Below, piece after piece: positions 1 to 12,267 of a DNA stretch of 64,000 nt. Both the position numbers and the translations under genes were made by a program. The DNA is taken from the NCBI GenBank assembly GCA_963514005.1, contig OY740802.1, forward strand, positions 27,590,001 through 27,654,000, read 5' to 3'. How positions within the stretch are numbered: position 1 is the first letter of the stretch; each line of letters begins with the position of its first letter. The DNA comes from Raja brachyura (Eukaryota). The notes beneath the pieces were generated by a model. It had not been told where the DNA came from and made no database searches. It was given only the letters and a program-made list of their open reading frames with translations.

Positions 1-1352
1 AAAGCCCTAGCCTGCTCAACCTCTCCCTCAGCTCAGTCCCTCGGGTTCTCGCAACATCCTCGTAAATCTTCTCTGCACCATTTCCAGCTAGAAAACATAT
101 TTCCTAAAACATGAAGCCCAAAACCCTTCTACTCACCGAGTCCACACAAACCATCGATCACCCATTCTAAACCCATATTCTTTAGAGTTTGGATGAATGA
201 GAGGTTAGATTAAAACCCACAAAGTTCTAACAGGCCGGATGGAGGAACAATCTTGCTTCCAGCTGAGGAATCTAGTGGGGCTACAGATTCAGGATAAGTG
301 AGAAGGTATTTCAGACTGAAATTTCTTTGCTCAGAGAGAATGAATCTGTGGAATTCTCCAACCTGGAGGATCAGACACTCAGCCATCGTTCATTCACAAC
401 AAAAGTTTGCTGGGCATTGAGGAGAGAGTGAAGGAAAAATGTGGTCAGGTAGAAGATCCGTCATGATCTTGAAGATGAGAGGAGACTCAAAGCGTCGAAA
501 GGCCAAAGACTGTGCCTGATTACTATGTTCTTATCTTGTTTAAAGGAAAGGTGCAGAGTCTTCTGCCTGGAGCAAGCAGACAGGCGAGGAATATAAACAC
601 TGGCACAGGCTAGTTGAGTAAATGACCCATTTTCCCCTGTTACCTGCCGTGCGTGATATTTAGTTTAGTTTAGAGATATAGCTTGGGTGCTTCAGCCCAC
701 GCTGACCATTGATCACACAAGAGCTGGAGAAACTCAGCGGGTAAGGCAGCATCTCTGGAGAATGTATTTAGGTGAGGTTTCGAGATGCTTCTTCAGACTC
801 ACCGTTCACATGAGTCACAGTTTTATATAAAGTCATAGAGTTACGCAGAATGTAAACAGGCCCTTCAGCCCCACTTGCCTTATAAACAGGCCCTTTGGCC
901 CATATTCCTCTAAACCAATCCTATCCATTTACCTGTTAAACTGTTTTTTAAACATTGTGATAGTACCGGCCTCAACTACTTCGTCCATCAGCTTGTTTCA
1001 TACATCCACCACCCTTTGTGTGATAAAGTTACCCCTCAGGCTCCTATAAAATCTATCCCCCCTCACCGTAAACCTGTGTCCTAAGTCTTGTAAAACTAGT
1101 TCACGGTTATCCCACATTCTCATCCATTCCCGAAATACAAGGGGCAATTTTACAGAGGCCGATTAACCTACAAACCTGCACGTTTTCGGGGTGTGAGGGG
1201 AAACCGGAGCACCGGACAGAAACACACGCAGTGACAGGGAGAACATACAAACTCCACATAGGCAGCACTTGAAGTCAGGATCTAACCCAGGTCTCTGGGG
1301 CTGTGAGTCAGATGCTCTGTCGCCATGCCACTATGCTGTCCAGTTTGATTAC

Positions 1353-1492
1353 CGGTTTAATTTCCGTCCCTGCTTCAGGCTGCGTCTGCCCGATCCATTT
1401 GTACAACTTGCGGCAAACGATGTTATTCAAAATCTCTCGTGCTTTTTGTAGCTCAGGCTTGGGAGAATTCAGAATCTGTTCAAAGACGTTGT
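1353..1492 (-). CDS. SAMHD1: SAMHD1 exon 12 (DNVFEQILNSPKPELQKAREILNNIVCRKLYKWIGQTQPEAGTEIKP); later exons lie left of the window
   Basis: ttccag/gtaatc boundaries; 140 nt; AREIL..I..R.L.K motif. Confidence 0.94.
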
Positions 1493-2720
1493 CTGGAAAA
1501 ACAATAATCCAAGGTCACAGAAATAAAATATAACTAACACGCTAAGATATGAGAGGATATTTTCAGTCGTGGGAGAGTCTAGGACCAGAGCACAAACTCA
1601 GAACACAAAAATGCATCTTTACAAGATAGTGGATGGGTGATGTTTTGTGCCGGGACCCCTCTTCAAACAAGTCTGAAGAAGGGTCTCGTCTCGAAAAGTC
1701 ACCAATTCCTTTTCTCCAGAGATGTTGCCTATCCCGCTGAGTTACTCCAGCATTTTGTGTCTATCTTTGGTGTAAACCAACATCTGCAGTTCCTTCCTCT
1801 ACACAGGGAGATGCTCCAAGTTTATAAAACCTTGGTCAGACCTCAGCCGGAGTAACAGGTGCAGTTCTGGCCATTGTGGGCTGAAGAGCTGTTCCTCTGC
1901 TGCAGTGACCTACGTTCAACGTGCACTCCACCAGGGGCGCCGCACGATTGACAGCCCCGCCAACAGTCTGTCTGTTTTTGTCTTAAAAAAAATGTTTTAG
2001 TGCGTTTTAAAAGTCTGTGTAAATGTTCTCCGGTTTGTTTTATGTGGGCCGAGGTGGTCAGGGGAAACCTTTTTTCAGTTTCTTACCTTGCCGGAGATGC
2101 AATTTTTTTCCAGATCACATCTCCGGTTGCTCTGCGGCCTACCATCGATTGAGCTGGAGACCTCCTTGGACTGACCTTGAGCCCCACCGCGGGCCGTGGA
2201 CTTAACAGCGGAGTCGATCACTTGCCTGGGATCGCTCCAACCACGGCCTGCGGATCTTACCATCGAGAGCTCGCAGTCTCGGGAGAGTCTAGTCAGGAGC
2301 TCCACCGATGCAGAGGCTCGACCAGCCCCGACGCGGGGTTCGATCGCCTGGCGCGGGGGAAGCTGACATCCCCCCGATACACGAGCTGATCGCCCCGATG
2401 CGGAGGGCCAAAACGCCGCCGGCTACGGGAGTCAAGATCGTCCCATCAATGGAGGGCTCGAGGCCCCCGACCGTGGAAGAACAATGAAGGGAAGAGATTT
2501 GAACTTTCTTTTCGTCTTCCATCACAGTGAGGAATGTGGAGGAGTCACTGTGGTGGATGTTTATGTTAAAATGTATTTTGTGTGTTCCGTTGCTTTTTAT
2601 TAGTACGACTGACTTGGCAAATGAAATTCCTCATATGTTGCAAAACATACTTGACTAATAAAGTAATATTGTGTTTGTGAAGAGCAGACTTGGGTCGGAC
2701 TGAATGATAAGAGTGTTCAC

Positions 2721-2836
2721 CTGTGAGCTTGGTGTAGGCCTCCATGTCATCGATCGACTCGGAGATTTTGCAGATCTGCATATCTTTTCCAACGATCTGG
2801 ATGTGTGGATCTGCCAGCACCAGGGCTTCAGTGATC
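2721..2836 (-). CDS. SAMHD1: SAMHD1 exon 11 (ITEALVLADPHIQIVGKDMQICKISESIDDMEAYTKLT)
   Basis: cgtcag/gtgaac boundaries; 116 nt; IDDMEAYTKLT motif. Confidence 0.96.
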
Positions 2837-2931
2837 CTGACGGAGTAAGCATGTTCAGAAACACGTCAGCACTTGTCGAACCGAGCGGCACGGAGACGCA
2901 GCTGGCAGAGCCGCTTGCTCACAGCGCCAGG

Positions 2932-3042
2932 CAGTGGCGGACTGGCCAGGGTGTCAGCTTGCCCGATGGCAAGTGGGCCCCTGATGAAGTGGGCCTCCTT
3001 TGTCCCCTGGCAACTAATATTTTTAGACCCAGTCCGCCACTG
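2932..3042. mobile_element. 111-bp hAT MITE
   Basis: 14-bp perfect TIR CAGTGGCGGACTGG; 8-bp flanks gcgccagg/acgccatg match at 6 of 8 positions. Confidence 0.8.
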
Positions 3043-4056
3043 ACGCCATGGACCGTGCGTCGTTCCCGACCGCAGGTGCTGTCTGCATAGTTTGCACGTT
3101 CTTCCTGTGACCACGAGGGTTTCCTCCCACATCCCAACGGCATGCGGGTTTGTCAGTTAATTGGCCGCTAAATTGCCCGATGAATGGGGGAGTGGGACAA
3201 CATGGGGATTCGGTTTTTGTTGCATGCTATCCAGTCACAGATCATGTGAGCGGGTGATCGATGGTTGCCGTGGACTTGGTGAACCCATTTTCATGCTGTA
3301 CTTTCCACTCAAACATTGTTGCCCGCATTACGTCTTCACGACAACTTGACAGGGAAAACACTGGAAACAGATCTGCATTGGTTTCAACACCCTTGGGACA
3401 GGGCAAAGGAGGTTTAAAAGAAACGTTATTAGGCTCAAGCCCCGAGCAAAGGGTTGATGCAATGTAAACACATCATGTTCAGGTAAGTGAAGGGTGCAAC
3501 TGAATTGTTAGTTTAGTTTTTTTGTCACATGTATCAAGGTACAGTGATAAGTTTTTTTTGTTGCGTGCTATCCAGTCAGCAGAAAGACTGTGCATGATTA
3601 CAATCAAGCCGTCCCCAGTGTATAGATACAGGATGAAGGGAATAATGTTCAGTGCAGGATAAAGTCCAGTAACGTCCGATTAATGATTGTCTGAGGGTCT
3701 TCAATGAGGTAGATGGTATATCAGGACTGCTCTCTAGTTGGTGATAGTATGGCTCAGTTGCCTGATAAGAGCTGGGGAGAAACAGTTCCTGAATGTGGAG
3801 GTGTGCGTTTTCACACCTCTATACCTCTTTCCTGATGGGAGGGGAGAAGCGGGAGAGACCGTGGTGAGACTGGCACTTGATTATAAGTGTGAATGGAGTT
3901 AATGGAAGGGAGGTTGGTATGCATGATGGTCTGGGCTACGTCCACAATTTCTGTCATACTTCTCACACATCAGTTGCTTGCAAAAACATTTGTGGAGGTG
4001 GAGGTGTTTAAGGTTGGGGATGTGTGGAAGGGTGCAAGGTAATAATATGGAGAAAG

Positions 4057-4357
4057 GGGCAGCATGGTGGCCCAGCAGTAGAGTTGCTGCCTTACAGCGC
4101 CAGAGACCCAGGTTCGATCCTGACTATTGGTGATTGACTGAACAGAGTTTGTACGGTCTCCCCTTGATTTGTGTGGGTTTGCTCCAGGATCTCCAGTTTC
4201 ATCCTAAACTCCCAAGGTGTAAGGTTGGAAGGTTAATTAGGTTGGTATAATTGTAAATTGTCTCTAGTGCGTAGAGGATAGTGCAAGTGCGTGGGGACCG
4301 CTGGTCAGCATGGACTTGGTGGGCCGAAGTGCCTGTTTCTGTGCAGTAACACTAAAC
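4057..4357 (+). mobile_element. tRNA-derived V-SINE (elasmobranch HE1-like); other copies at ~1130-1340, 4607-4885, 8640-8940, 15400-15710, 16570-16812, 18860-19150, 44180-44400, 46560-46850, 57880-58470, 59110-59432
   Basis: tRNA-like head with a B box (ggttcgatcc), conserved central domain (gagtttgtacgttctcc...gggttt..ccgg..ctcc.gtttcc.ccca), and a (ctaaa)n tail. Confidence 0.8.
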
Positions 4358-4399
4358 AGAAGTATGGCTCCTTACCTGCCATACTGCAGGAGTACTCAC

Positions 4400-4491
4400 A
4401 TGCTCTCGATAATGTTAACCACTCGGTGTTGATAGGCCCTGCGGTGTAGCGTGATGCGTGTGTGAAACATGTTGTACAGGTCACCAACCTC
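4400..4491 (-). CDS. SAMHD1: SAMHD1 exon 10 ([31 protein letters not shown])
   Basis: ccgcag/gtgagt boundaries; 92 nt; [13 protein letters not shown] motif. Confidence 0.96.
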
Positions 4492-6242
4492 CTGCGGATG
4501 GAAAACGAGAGGTCACTTCTCCCTCGTCACGCTGCACGTCATGAACAGCAGTTCTGAAGCACGGAGTGATTCAGTTGCAGGGACAGAGCGATGTTTAAGA
4601 ATAAGAGGGCACAGTGGCGCAGCGGTAGAGTTGCTGCCTTGCAGCACCAGAGACCCAGTCTAGATCCTGACTATCGGTGCTGCCTGTAAGGAGCTCGTAC
4701 ATTCTCCCTGTGACCACGTGGATTTTCCAAGGGAGTTCCTGCTTCCTTCCACACTCCAAAGATTTGCTGGTTAATTGGCTTTGGTAAAGATTGTAAATTG
4801 TACCTTGTGTGTAGGGTAGTGCTAATGTACAGGGTGATCATTAGTTGGCATGGACTTAATGGGCCCCAAGGGCCTGTTTCTGGTGCTTGACTGCACGGAG
4901 TTTGTACGTTCTCCAAGTGTCCAGCGTGGGTTTGCTCAAAGTAAACTAAATATACTAAACTATTAAACCATCATTATAACGGTCCATGTGGTGGGGAGGT
5001 GAAATGGTCTCTGTTATTGCTGATTGTTCACAGGTTATATTGGCGATAGAGAGGTCAGATGGCTGATCTATCTGTCCCTCTCAACCCCATTCCCCTCCCT
5101 TCTCCCCATAGCCCTCGACACCCTTACTAATCAAGAGTCTGTCAATACAGCAACTGTCTGCTGTAACAGAGGAAAGGATTACTAAGTAATAGAGTGACGT
5201 TGCACTAATATTAAAAATAGAACGGCAGATGCTGGTTACAAAGTGCTGGAGTACACAGCAGGTCAGGCAGTATATCTGGAGGGCATGGATAGGTGACGTT
5301 TCAGGTCAGGACCCTTCTTCAGGCTCTTACTTGCCGTTACCTGGAGATACAATTCAACTAGTTTTTAAAAGCAACCCATTCTCAGTCTGGAACTGGGCCT
5401 GGGATCCGGGCGAGTTGCAACCAGGAGGGTAGAGGCGAGGATCGGCGGAGTCAATGGTCGCCAGAGCTTGGGTAAGGGTTGGCGGTGGTGGTGGGAAGTG
5501 TAGTCTGGATGGGGCTGTGTGGGCCAGCGGTGACGGCAGTAGGTCCGGCCTGGAAGCTGCTACAACCGAAAACCGTGATAAAGATGTCGGTAATAATGAG
5601 GATCTACTGTACTGACGTACGAGATATTCACTGATCAAAGCAACAGCACAGCTGATGCCGTTTAGCGCATCAGAGGCGTCAATACCTCGGCGTGGACTCA
5701 GTGGGCCAAAGGGCCTGTTTCCATGCTGTATTTCTAAAATAAATTTAACAATGACTCGTTCTGAACTGTCCTTGTCTGTATACCTAGCTTCAGCTTACAG
5801 AACTCCAGTGCACCTGTGAATGCTGACAAGAAGATTACTATCTGTTGGGTTTATAGAACTACAAGGGTGCCTGTGGTCTTTGGATTTGGATGCATCAATG
5901 GAAAAATGTCCTAGTTTCATCGACTGGGGAACCTCCTTCAGACCTTGCTGGTCTTTTAGAAATTCAATTATAAAAGTGATGAAAAAGTTTAAAGACATTT
6001 AATTAGTGACCGGGGCAGTCTAGTCCTGGTATCAAGGGCGCAGGATAGCTCAGAAAGCAAATGGAGATAACAATCTTGGAATGGTTGGGGTGATGTGTTA
6101 GGTGGAGGTATTGACGCCTCTGATGCACTAAACGGTGCTGAGAGGCAGCAGCTCACTGTGCTGCACTTTTGCTGGTCGTTTCCTCAGAAGACAGAAAGCA
6201 GTGGAGAGAAGATCTGAAGGCCGCTGCATGAACTAGAAAGCA

Positions 6243-6748
6243 AGACACAATGCTGGTGTAATTCAGTGGCAACATCTCTGGAGAAAAGGAAAAGGTGACG
6301 TTTGGGTCAAGACCCTTAACCAGACTGAGAGTCGGGGAGAGGTATGAAAAGGTTCAGAACAAATCAGAGCCAGCACTGATGACCAAGTGAAGGTGGAGCC
6401 CACAATGATCCATTCTAAGCTGTGGAAGGGGAGATAACAAAGGGATGCGAACAGTGAAACTAGCTGGACGCCTAGGATGAGGGAGGGAATGCAAGGGTTA
6501 CTTGAAATTAGAGAAGTCAAAATTCATACCGCTGGGCTGTAAGCTGCCCAAGCAAAATACGAGGTGCTGTTCCTCCCATCTGCGTGTGGACTCACCCTCA
6601 CAGTAGAAGAGGCCCAGGCCAGAAAGGTCAGTGCGGAAAATAAGTTAAAATGTTTGGCAACTTAGAGATTGCCTATGCCAGGGTGGGCTGAGCGTAGGTG
6701 TTCAGCGAAACAATCACCCGGTCTGCACTTGGTCTCGCCGATATACAG
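6243..6748 (-). mobile_element. Penelope-like retroelement 3' part (GIY-YIG endonuclease C-terminus and terminal repeat)
   Basis: Translates YIGETKCRPGDCFAEHLRS...EEQHLVFCLGSLQPSGMNFDFSNFK*. Confidence 0.85.
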
Positions 6749-6817
6749 ATCAAAATCAAGCAGCGGTTTTCAAAAACACACTCAAGAATCTCCTCGGCTT
6801 CTCACACCATTCATCAC

Positions 6818-6926
6818 CTTATCTCGAGTGCAAATGAGCTTCCTTTTGCCGACTTGACAAACTCGAGCGAACTTGAGGAAGCGTTCAAAGTCAAAGTTGT
6901 TCCGGATCCCCAGGTGGTGACAGTCC
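6818..6926 (-). CDS. SAMHD1: SAMHD1 exon 9 ([36 protein letters not shown])
   Basis: ctgaag/gtgatg boundaries; 109 nt; DCHHLG motif. Confidence 0.96.
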
Positions 6927-8516
6927 CTTCAGAAACAAGAGCAGACATCAATGGCAATCTCCGGCAGCCCGCGTTAAAGAATCCTCATATCCGGCTGATC
7001 ACTCACACGGAACCTGCCCCGCTGCTGAGATCTATGGGCTCACATCTCAATGTTTTAAAGTCCCTGGCGAGGATTAGGCAATCAACTCCTGAACATAGAA
7101 ACATAGAAAATAGGTGCAGGAGGAGGCCATTCGGCCCTTCGAGCCAGCACCGCCATTCATTGTGATCACGGCTGATCATCCCCAATCAATAACCCAATCA
7201 AGAACAGTTACGAATTATCTTCACTAGACTCTGGATTTACCGATACAGAATTTGTCACATTAGTTGGGGAAAACTGTCAATTGATTGACATTACTTAATA
7301 TCAGAGTGCAATAGCCAATCTGAAGAATGGTCCTGACCAGAAACATTTCCTGTTCATTCCCTCCACATACTGCATGGCCTGCTGTGTTCTTCCAGCATGT
7401 GTTTTTGCTTGTGATAGGCAGGCAACACATTCAAGGTGGCGTGTGGGTGAGGGAGAGACGCACATACACTGAACAGTACCGCACATGATGCCACGTTAAA
7501 CTGATCTCATCTGCCTGTTCACAACCCATATCCCTGCACTTCCATGTGCCAACCTAAAAGACTCTTAAATGCCACTATTGTAACTGCCTTCACCACCACC
7601 CCTGGCAGACCGTTGGTTGGCAGGGACTTGGTGAGTTAAAAGGCCTGTTTCCACGCTGTATCTCTAAATTAAACTAAAACTAAACTATCTGCCTCCAACA
7701 TCACCCATGGCAATGCGTTCCAGACCCCTAACACTCTATGTAACAAAAAAACCTGCCCGGCACATCTCCATTAAACTTTTCCCCGTTCACATGATAAATA
7801 ACCTACTAGTATTGGACACTCCCAACCTGGGAAAAAGGTTTTGACTGTCTACCCTATCTATGCCTCTCAGAGGTTTATATCCTTCTATCAAGTCTCACTG
7901 CAAGCCCTGACGTTCCAGAGAAATGTCCATCGGTTCAGTTCTCAAACAGATAGCTTTCATCAGAAGCAGTCAAGTCAAGGTCCCAGCGAGCCGCACATGG
8001 CAGCAAGTCCCAGCAATCTGGCTCACCCGCCGTGTGACCGGGAACCCAACTGTAGTGGGAGCTTTGTCTGAGGCTCGTCTCTTGCTCGCCCCGGAGAACC
8101 AGGAATTGGAGGGAGGGTGGAGGGAGTCAACAAAGGCAGTGGACGCTGGACGTAGGAACAGTAAGAATCCGAGGTTCTTGCCTTCCGCCCCTCGAGGTCG
8201 ACTGCAAGAGGCACCCTCGGGGCACGAAAGCTCCAGGTGTCCGGGCGAGGAGAGGGGCAATGGTTCACAGATGATGGAATGGAGGCAACGGGCCTTTATG
8301 GCCAGCTGCAGCTGGGACCTTGAAAGTGGTGCCAAAACCTGGTGACTATTGCATATGGACTCCGTGCCATTTTCCATGCATTCTGTACTTAAGCAGGGAT
8401 TGCGTGTACCTTGGTACATGGGGTAATAAAGAACCATTGGTTTAAACAAATGGCTGCCATGTCCCAGGAGTGCTCCGACTTAGAAAACGTCTAATCAGGA
8501 TCACACAGAGACTTAC

Positions 8517-8617
8517 CTGGCAAAGTAATCCCACTTATCGACATCAATCCCGCTCCTCTTATTGGCAACGATTTCATAGAGAAAGCCTTTCTCCCGAGAA
8601 CGGCCCTCGTACGGCCA
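8517..8617 (-). CDS. SAMHD1: SAMHD1 exon 8 (WPYEGRSREKGFLYEIVANKRSGIDVDKWDYFAR)
   Basis: ttccag/gtaagt boundaries; 101 nt; catalytic DVDKWDY motif. Confidence 0.97.
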
Positions 8618-9659
8618 CTGGAAAGATGAGATAGCAGAGTTTACTTTGGGCTTTAGAGAAACAGCACGGAAACAGGTCCTTCGGCCCACACTGACCAGCA
8701 ATCTGCTCAAACACTAGCACTATCATACACACTGGGGACATCTTACAATTTCACTGAAGCCAATTAACCTAAAACCTGTACGTCTTTAGAGTGTGGGAGG
8801 AAGCCAGAGCACATGGGGAAAATCCATGTGGTCACAGGGAGAAAGTACAAAGTCCGTACAGGCAGCACCCGAGGTCAGACCGAACCTGGGTCTCTGGGGC
8901 TGTGAGGCAGCAACTCTACCGCTGCGCCACTGTGCCGTCCTAAAATCCACAGATAAAGGATACATTCAATGCAAAGATATAACACTGAAGTTCGATTAAA
9001 GTTCAGAGGTCCAAACTCTGAACAGAAAGCACCCTTAGCCAGGATCAAGCCTGGGTCTCTGGCGCCATAAGCCAGCAACTTTACCATTGCCCCGCCATAA
9101 GTCAGTGATAGACACAGAGTGGAGACACAGGGAACAGATGATGCTCGCTGACAAAAACAAAAAACAATCTGGGTGGGAATCTGCCGTATCACCCATGTTT
9201 GATTCCAGGTACATCGCCGAGATTGACCCATAAATGTCCCCTAAGTGCAGAGACAAAGAAGGACAAACAATAGTGCCAGCCAGCATTGTCAACGACAGCA
9301 GCATCATATGAATGAATAAAAGCAATGAGGGTTCAAAAATCAATTCCAATTATAAAGCTATCTTTTGGACCGGGCACGACCTGCAGCAGCCCAGAGCAAA
9401 CGAGGACACCAATGGTTACACTTGGCTCGGCTGACCCTGCTACACCGCCAGGATAACCGGCCTTCATGGGTAAGTTAAGAGCTCTACACCTAGACCAACC
9501 GGGACTTGAAAATGGCAGTAAATCTGAGACTCTGTATACTGTCTCAGTTTACTATCACTTCTACTGTGTGCGAGATTGTTATCCAAGATGCATCTAAATG
9601 CTTATGTATAGTGATACATACTGAACTATATACAGAAATGAATTTCACTGTACCACAGT

Positions 9660-10085
9660 ACATTTCACGCTACCTCGGCAAGGCCACCAGCATAATCAAG
9701 GATGGGTCTCACTCCGGACATTTCCTTTTCTCCCCCTCTCCCATCAGACAAAAGGCACAGAAATACAAGAGGTACAGAAAACCCACACCTCCAGATTCAG
9801 GGATCATTTCTTCCCAGCTGTTATCAGGCAACTGAACCATCCTATCAACTACTGGAGAGCAGTCCTGACCTCCCATCTACCTCATTGGAGACCCTCAGAC
9901 TATCTTTAATTGGAGTTTACTGGGCTTTATCTTGCACTAAACTTTATTCCCTTTATCATGTATCTGCACACTGTGGACAACTCATAATATAATTATAATG
10001 TAATCATATGTAGTTTTTCCGCTGACTGGATAGCATGCAACAAAAGCTTTTCACTGTACTTCGGTACACGTGACAATAAACTAAA
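9660..10085 (+). mobile_element. Rex1/Babar-like LINE 3' end; related copies at ~3510-3950 (-), 14800-14950, 17880-18060, 53120-53640 (-), 61390-61780 (-)
   Basis: KATSIIKD.SHSGH.LFS..P..R...SFFP..IR.LN pattern and a shared 3' UTR ending gtgacaataaactaaac. Confidence 0.65.
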
Positions 10086-10407
10086 CGCGATAAATAAAGA
10101 ACCATTGCTTCAGTGTAAAAGAAAATATTGCACAAAAATGTTCTAGTTTTTATTCCCATCCCTTGTATCAACAGTATCAGTTTAGTTTTTGGAACTACAG
10201 CAGAGAAACAGGCATTTCGACCCACCGAATCCACGCCAACCAGCGATCCCCACACACTAACACTATCCTACACTAGGGACAATTTACAATTTTACCAATC
10301 CAATTACCATACAAACCTGCACATCATTGGAGTGTGGGAGGAAACTGGAGCACTTGGGGATAACCCACACAGGTCACAGGGAGGACGTACAAACTCCGTA
10401 CAGACTG

Positions 10408-11441
10408 TAGGTATGTTACAATACCTACCTTTAGCAGCGCTGCAGTTCTGCCGCTCCCCGTGTGCGCGACTTTGGCGCCTTTCAGAGGGGCGGCAGGTTT
10501 AAAATGCTGATTTTTTCTAGGCAGTCCAAATCGATCCATGTCGGGCGATTTCGTCGCTAAAGAGAAATCGCTCCGACATTTCATTCATAAAGGTATTTTT
10601 AAACTACGCTAGATTATTTATTAACTACAGTAGTTTACAAATCATCTTCTAAAGCTCTGAATGGTGACAGCGGAACGGACCCAAGGTAGGCGATAACAGC
10701 AGCTATACAGTTTATTTTTACATGAAAACTTGGTTTTTAGGGAGGCTTTAATCACATTATCTGTTGCGAAAAGGGGACAAAAAAAATGTATGAACCGGCT
10801 GTATTTTTCATACCGACTTCACCGCAAACCACAACGTTCTAATCCACCGCATTCCACTAAAACCCACTCGCTAGTTGATTTAAATGGCCATTAATTTACA
10901 GGCATTAAACACAAAATTCCTTCCATTTGGCCTATAAATTCATGAAAATGAGATAAAAAAATTATGTTATATTGTGGATTATTGTGTGAATGTTATTTGG
11001 ACACTTAGGCAATTTTAAAAAAGTTTACCTTTTCTTAAGAAATGGATGGATGTTTAGATCTACTCATTGAATTTTGTAATTAGCTACAATTAGATAACTA
11101 ACTAATTATATGCTTTAATTTCAGGTCATCCAAGTAAGATTGTGTCATATTTGTTTCAGAATGCTTCAATCTATAATAACTGAAAATTTAATTGAGTTCT
11201 CTTAATCTTTAAGAAAGTTATGGGCTTTTAACTGTTCCAGGTCACAGCTTTTGAGTTAAGTCAATTGAAAGGCAATGGGGAACAAGATGTTAATTTCCGA
11301 GTATGAAAATGGTCATAACTTTCTTAATACTGAAGATATGAAAGTGAATTAGGTGTCAAATTAAACTTATTTTTATGCTTTATCTGATGGGATAAATTGC
11401 AGACATGATTTTTAAAATCTCAAAATTTTGTAACATTGCTA
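10408..11441. mobile_element. AT-rich non-autonomous DNA transposon splitting a V-SINE
   Basis: TIRs taggtatgttacaa / ttgtaacattgcta; cagactg duplicated on both sides; the SINE continues colinearly on each side. Confidence 0.8.
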
Positions 11442-11526
11442 CAGACTGCACCCGTAGTCAGGATCGAACCCGGGTCTCTAGCGCTGCAAGGCAGCAACTC
11501 TACCACTGTTCCACCGTATCACTTAC

Positions 11527-11694
11527 ATCTTTAGCGCCGTCACCAGCTCCATCTCCTTCTGTTGGTCGGCCACGGATCTGTTCTTTTATAAACTTCACGT
11601 CTTCTGGTAACACCAAGCCATAGCTCAATAGCACATCTTCCAGCCCGTTGGAGGCGATCAAGTGGTCAAACATGTCCAACGAAGCATCTTCATG
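11527..11694 (-). CDS. SAMHD1: SAMHD1 exon 7 (HEDASLDMFDHLIASNGLEDVLLSYGLVLPEDVKFIKEQIRGRPTEGDGAGDGAKD)
   Basis: gtgcag/gtaagt boundaries; 168 nt, phase 0 at both ends; HE..S..MF.HLI..NG motif. Confidence 0.95.
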
Positions 11695-12267
11695 CTGCAC
11701 CAAGTTAAAGTTTAGTTTAGAAGCTCAATTCAGAGAAGGAAATGAAACATCATTCAATGCAAATAAGTAGCAATTAAAGTTTAGGTAAAGTGCTGGAGGA
11801 ACAGTGGTTCGGGCAACCTGTGTGGAGGGAATGGACAGACAACATTTTGGGTCAGGACCCTTCTTCAGACCGATCAAGAACCTTGATTGAGGGTGCAAAG
11901 CAACATACACAAATTTAACTAGTGCAAACTGTTTTAGTCAGTCATATAGCACAGAAACAGGCCCTTCAACTCAACTTGCCTATGACCAAGATGCACCATC
12001 TACACTGGTCCCACCTGGCTATATTTGGCCAACATCCCATTAAACCTTCCTGTCTATAAACCTGTCCAAATGTCTTTAAAAAGCGCTGTTATAATACCTG
12101 CATCAACTACATCGTCTTGTAGCTCGTTCCATGTACCCACCAGCATTATAATGAAAAATGTGTCCATCAGATTTCTATTAGATCTTTCCCCTCCCACCTG
12201 AAACCCATGCCTCTGGATTCCCGCACCATAGATACAAGGCTCTGAGTATTCATCTCATCTATCCTCC

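Noticed and set aside
4057-4130. tRNA genes
   Set aside because: The A/B-box-like heads continue into SINE bodies and I see no intact cloverleaf.
6698-7165. 155-aa plus-strand ORF
   Set aside because: It is the antisense shadow of SAMHD1 exon 9 joined to repeat fragments.
9135-9310. Possible C/D-box snoRNA or hairpin (atgatgct...agcatcat ends)
   Set aside because: There is no proper RUGAUGA/CUGA pair on the host-gene strand, and the inverted match is short.
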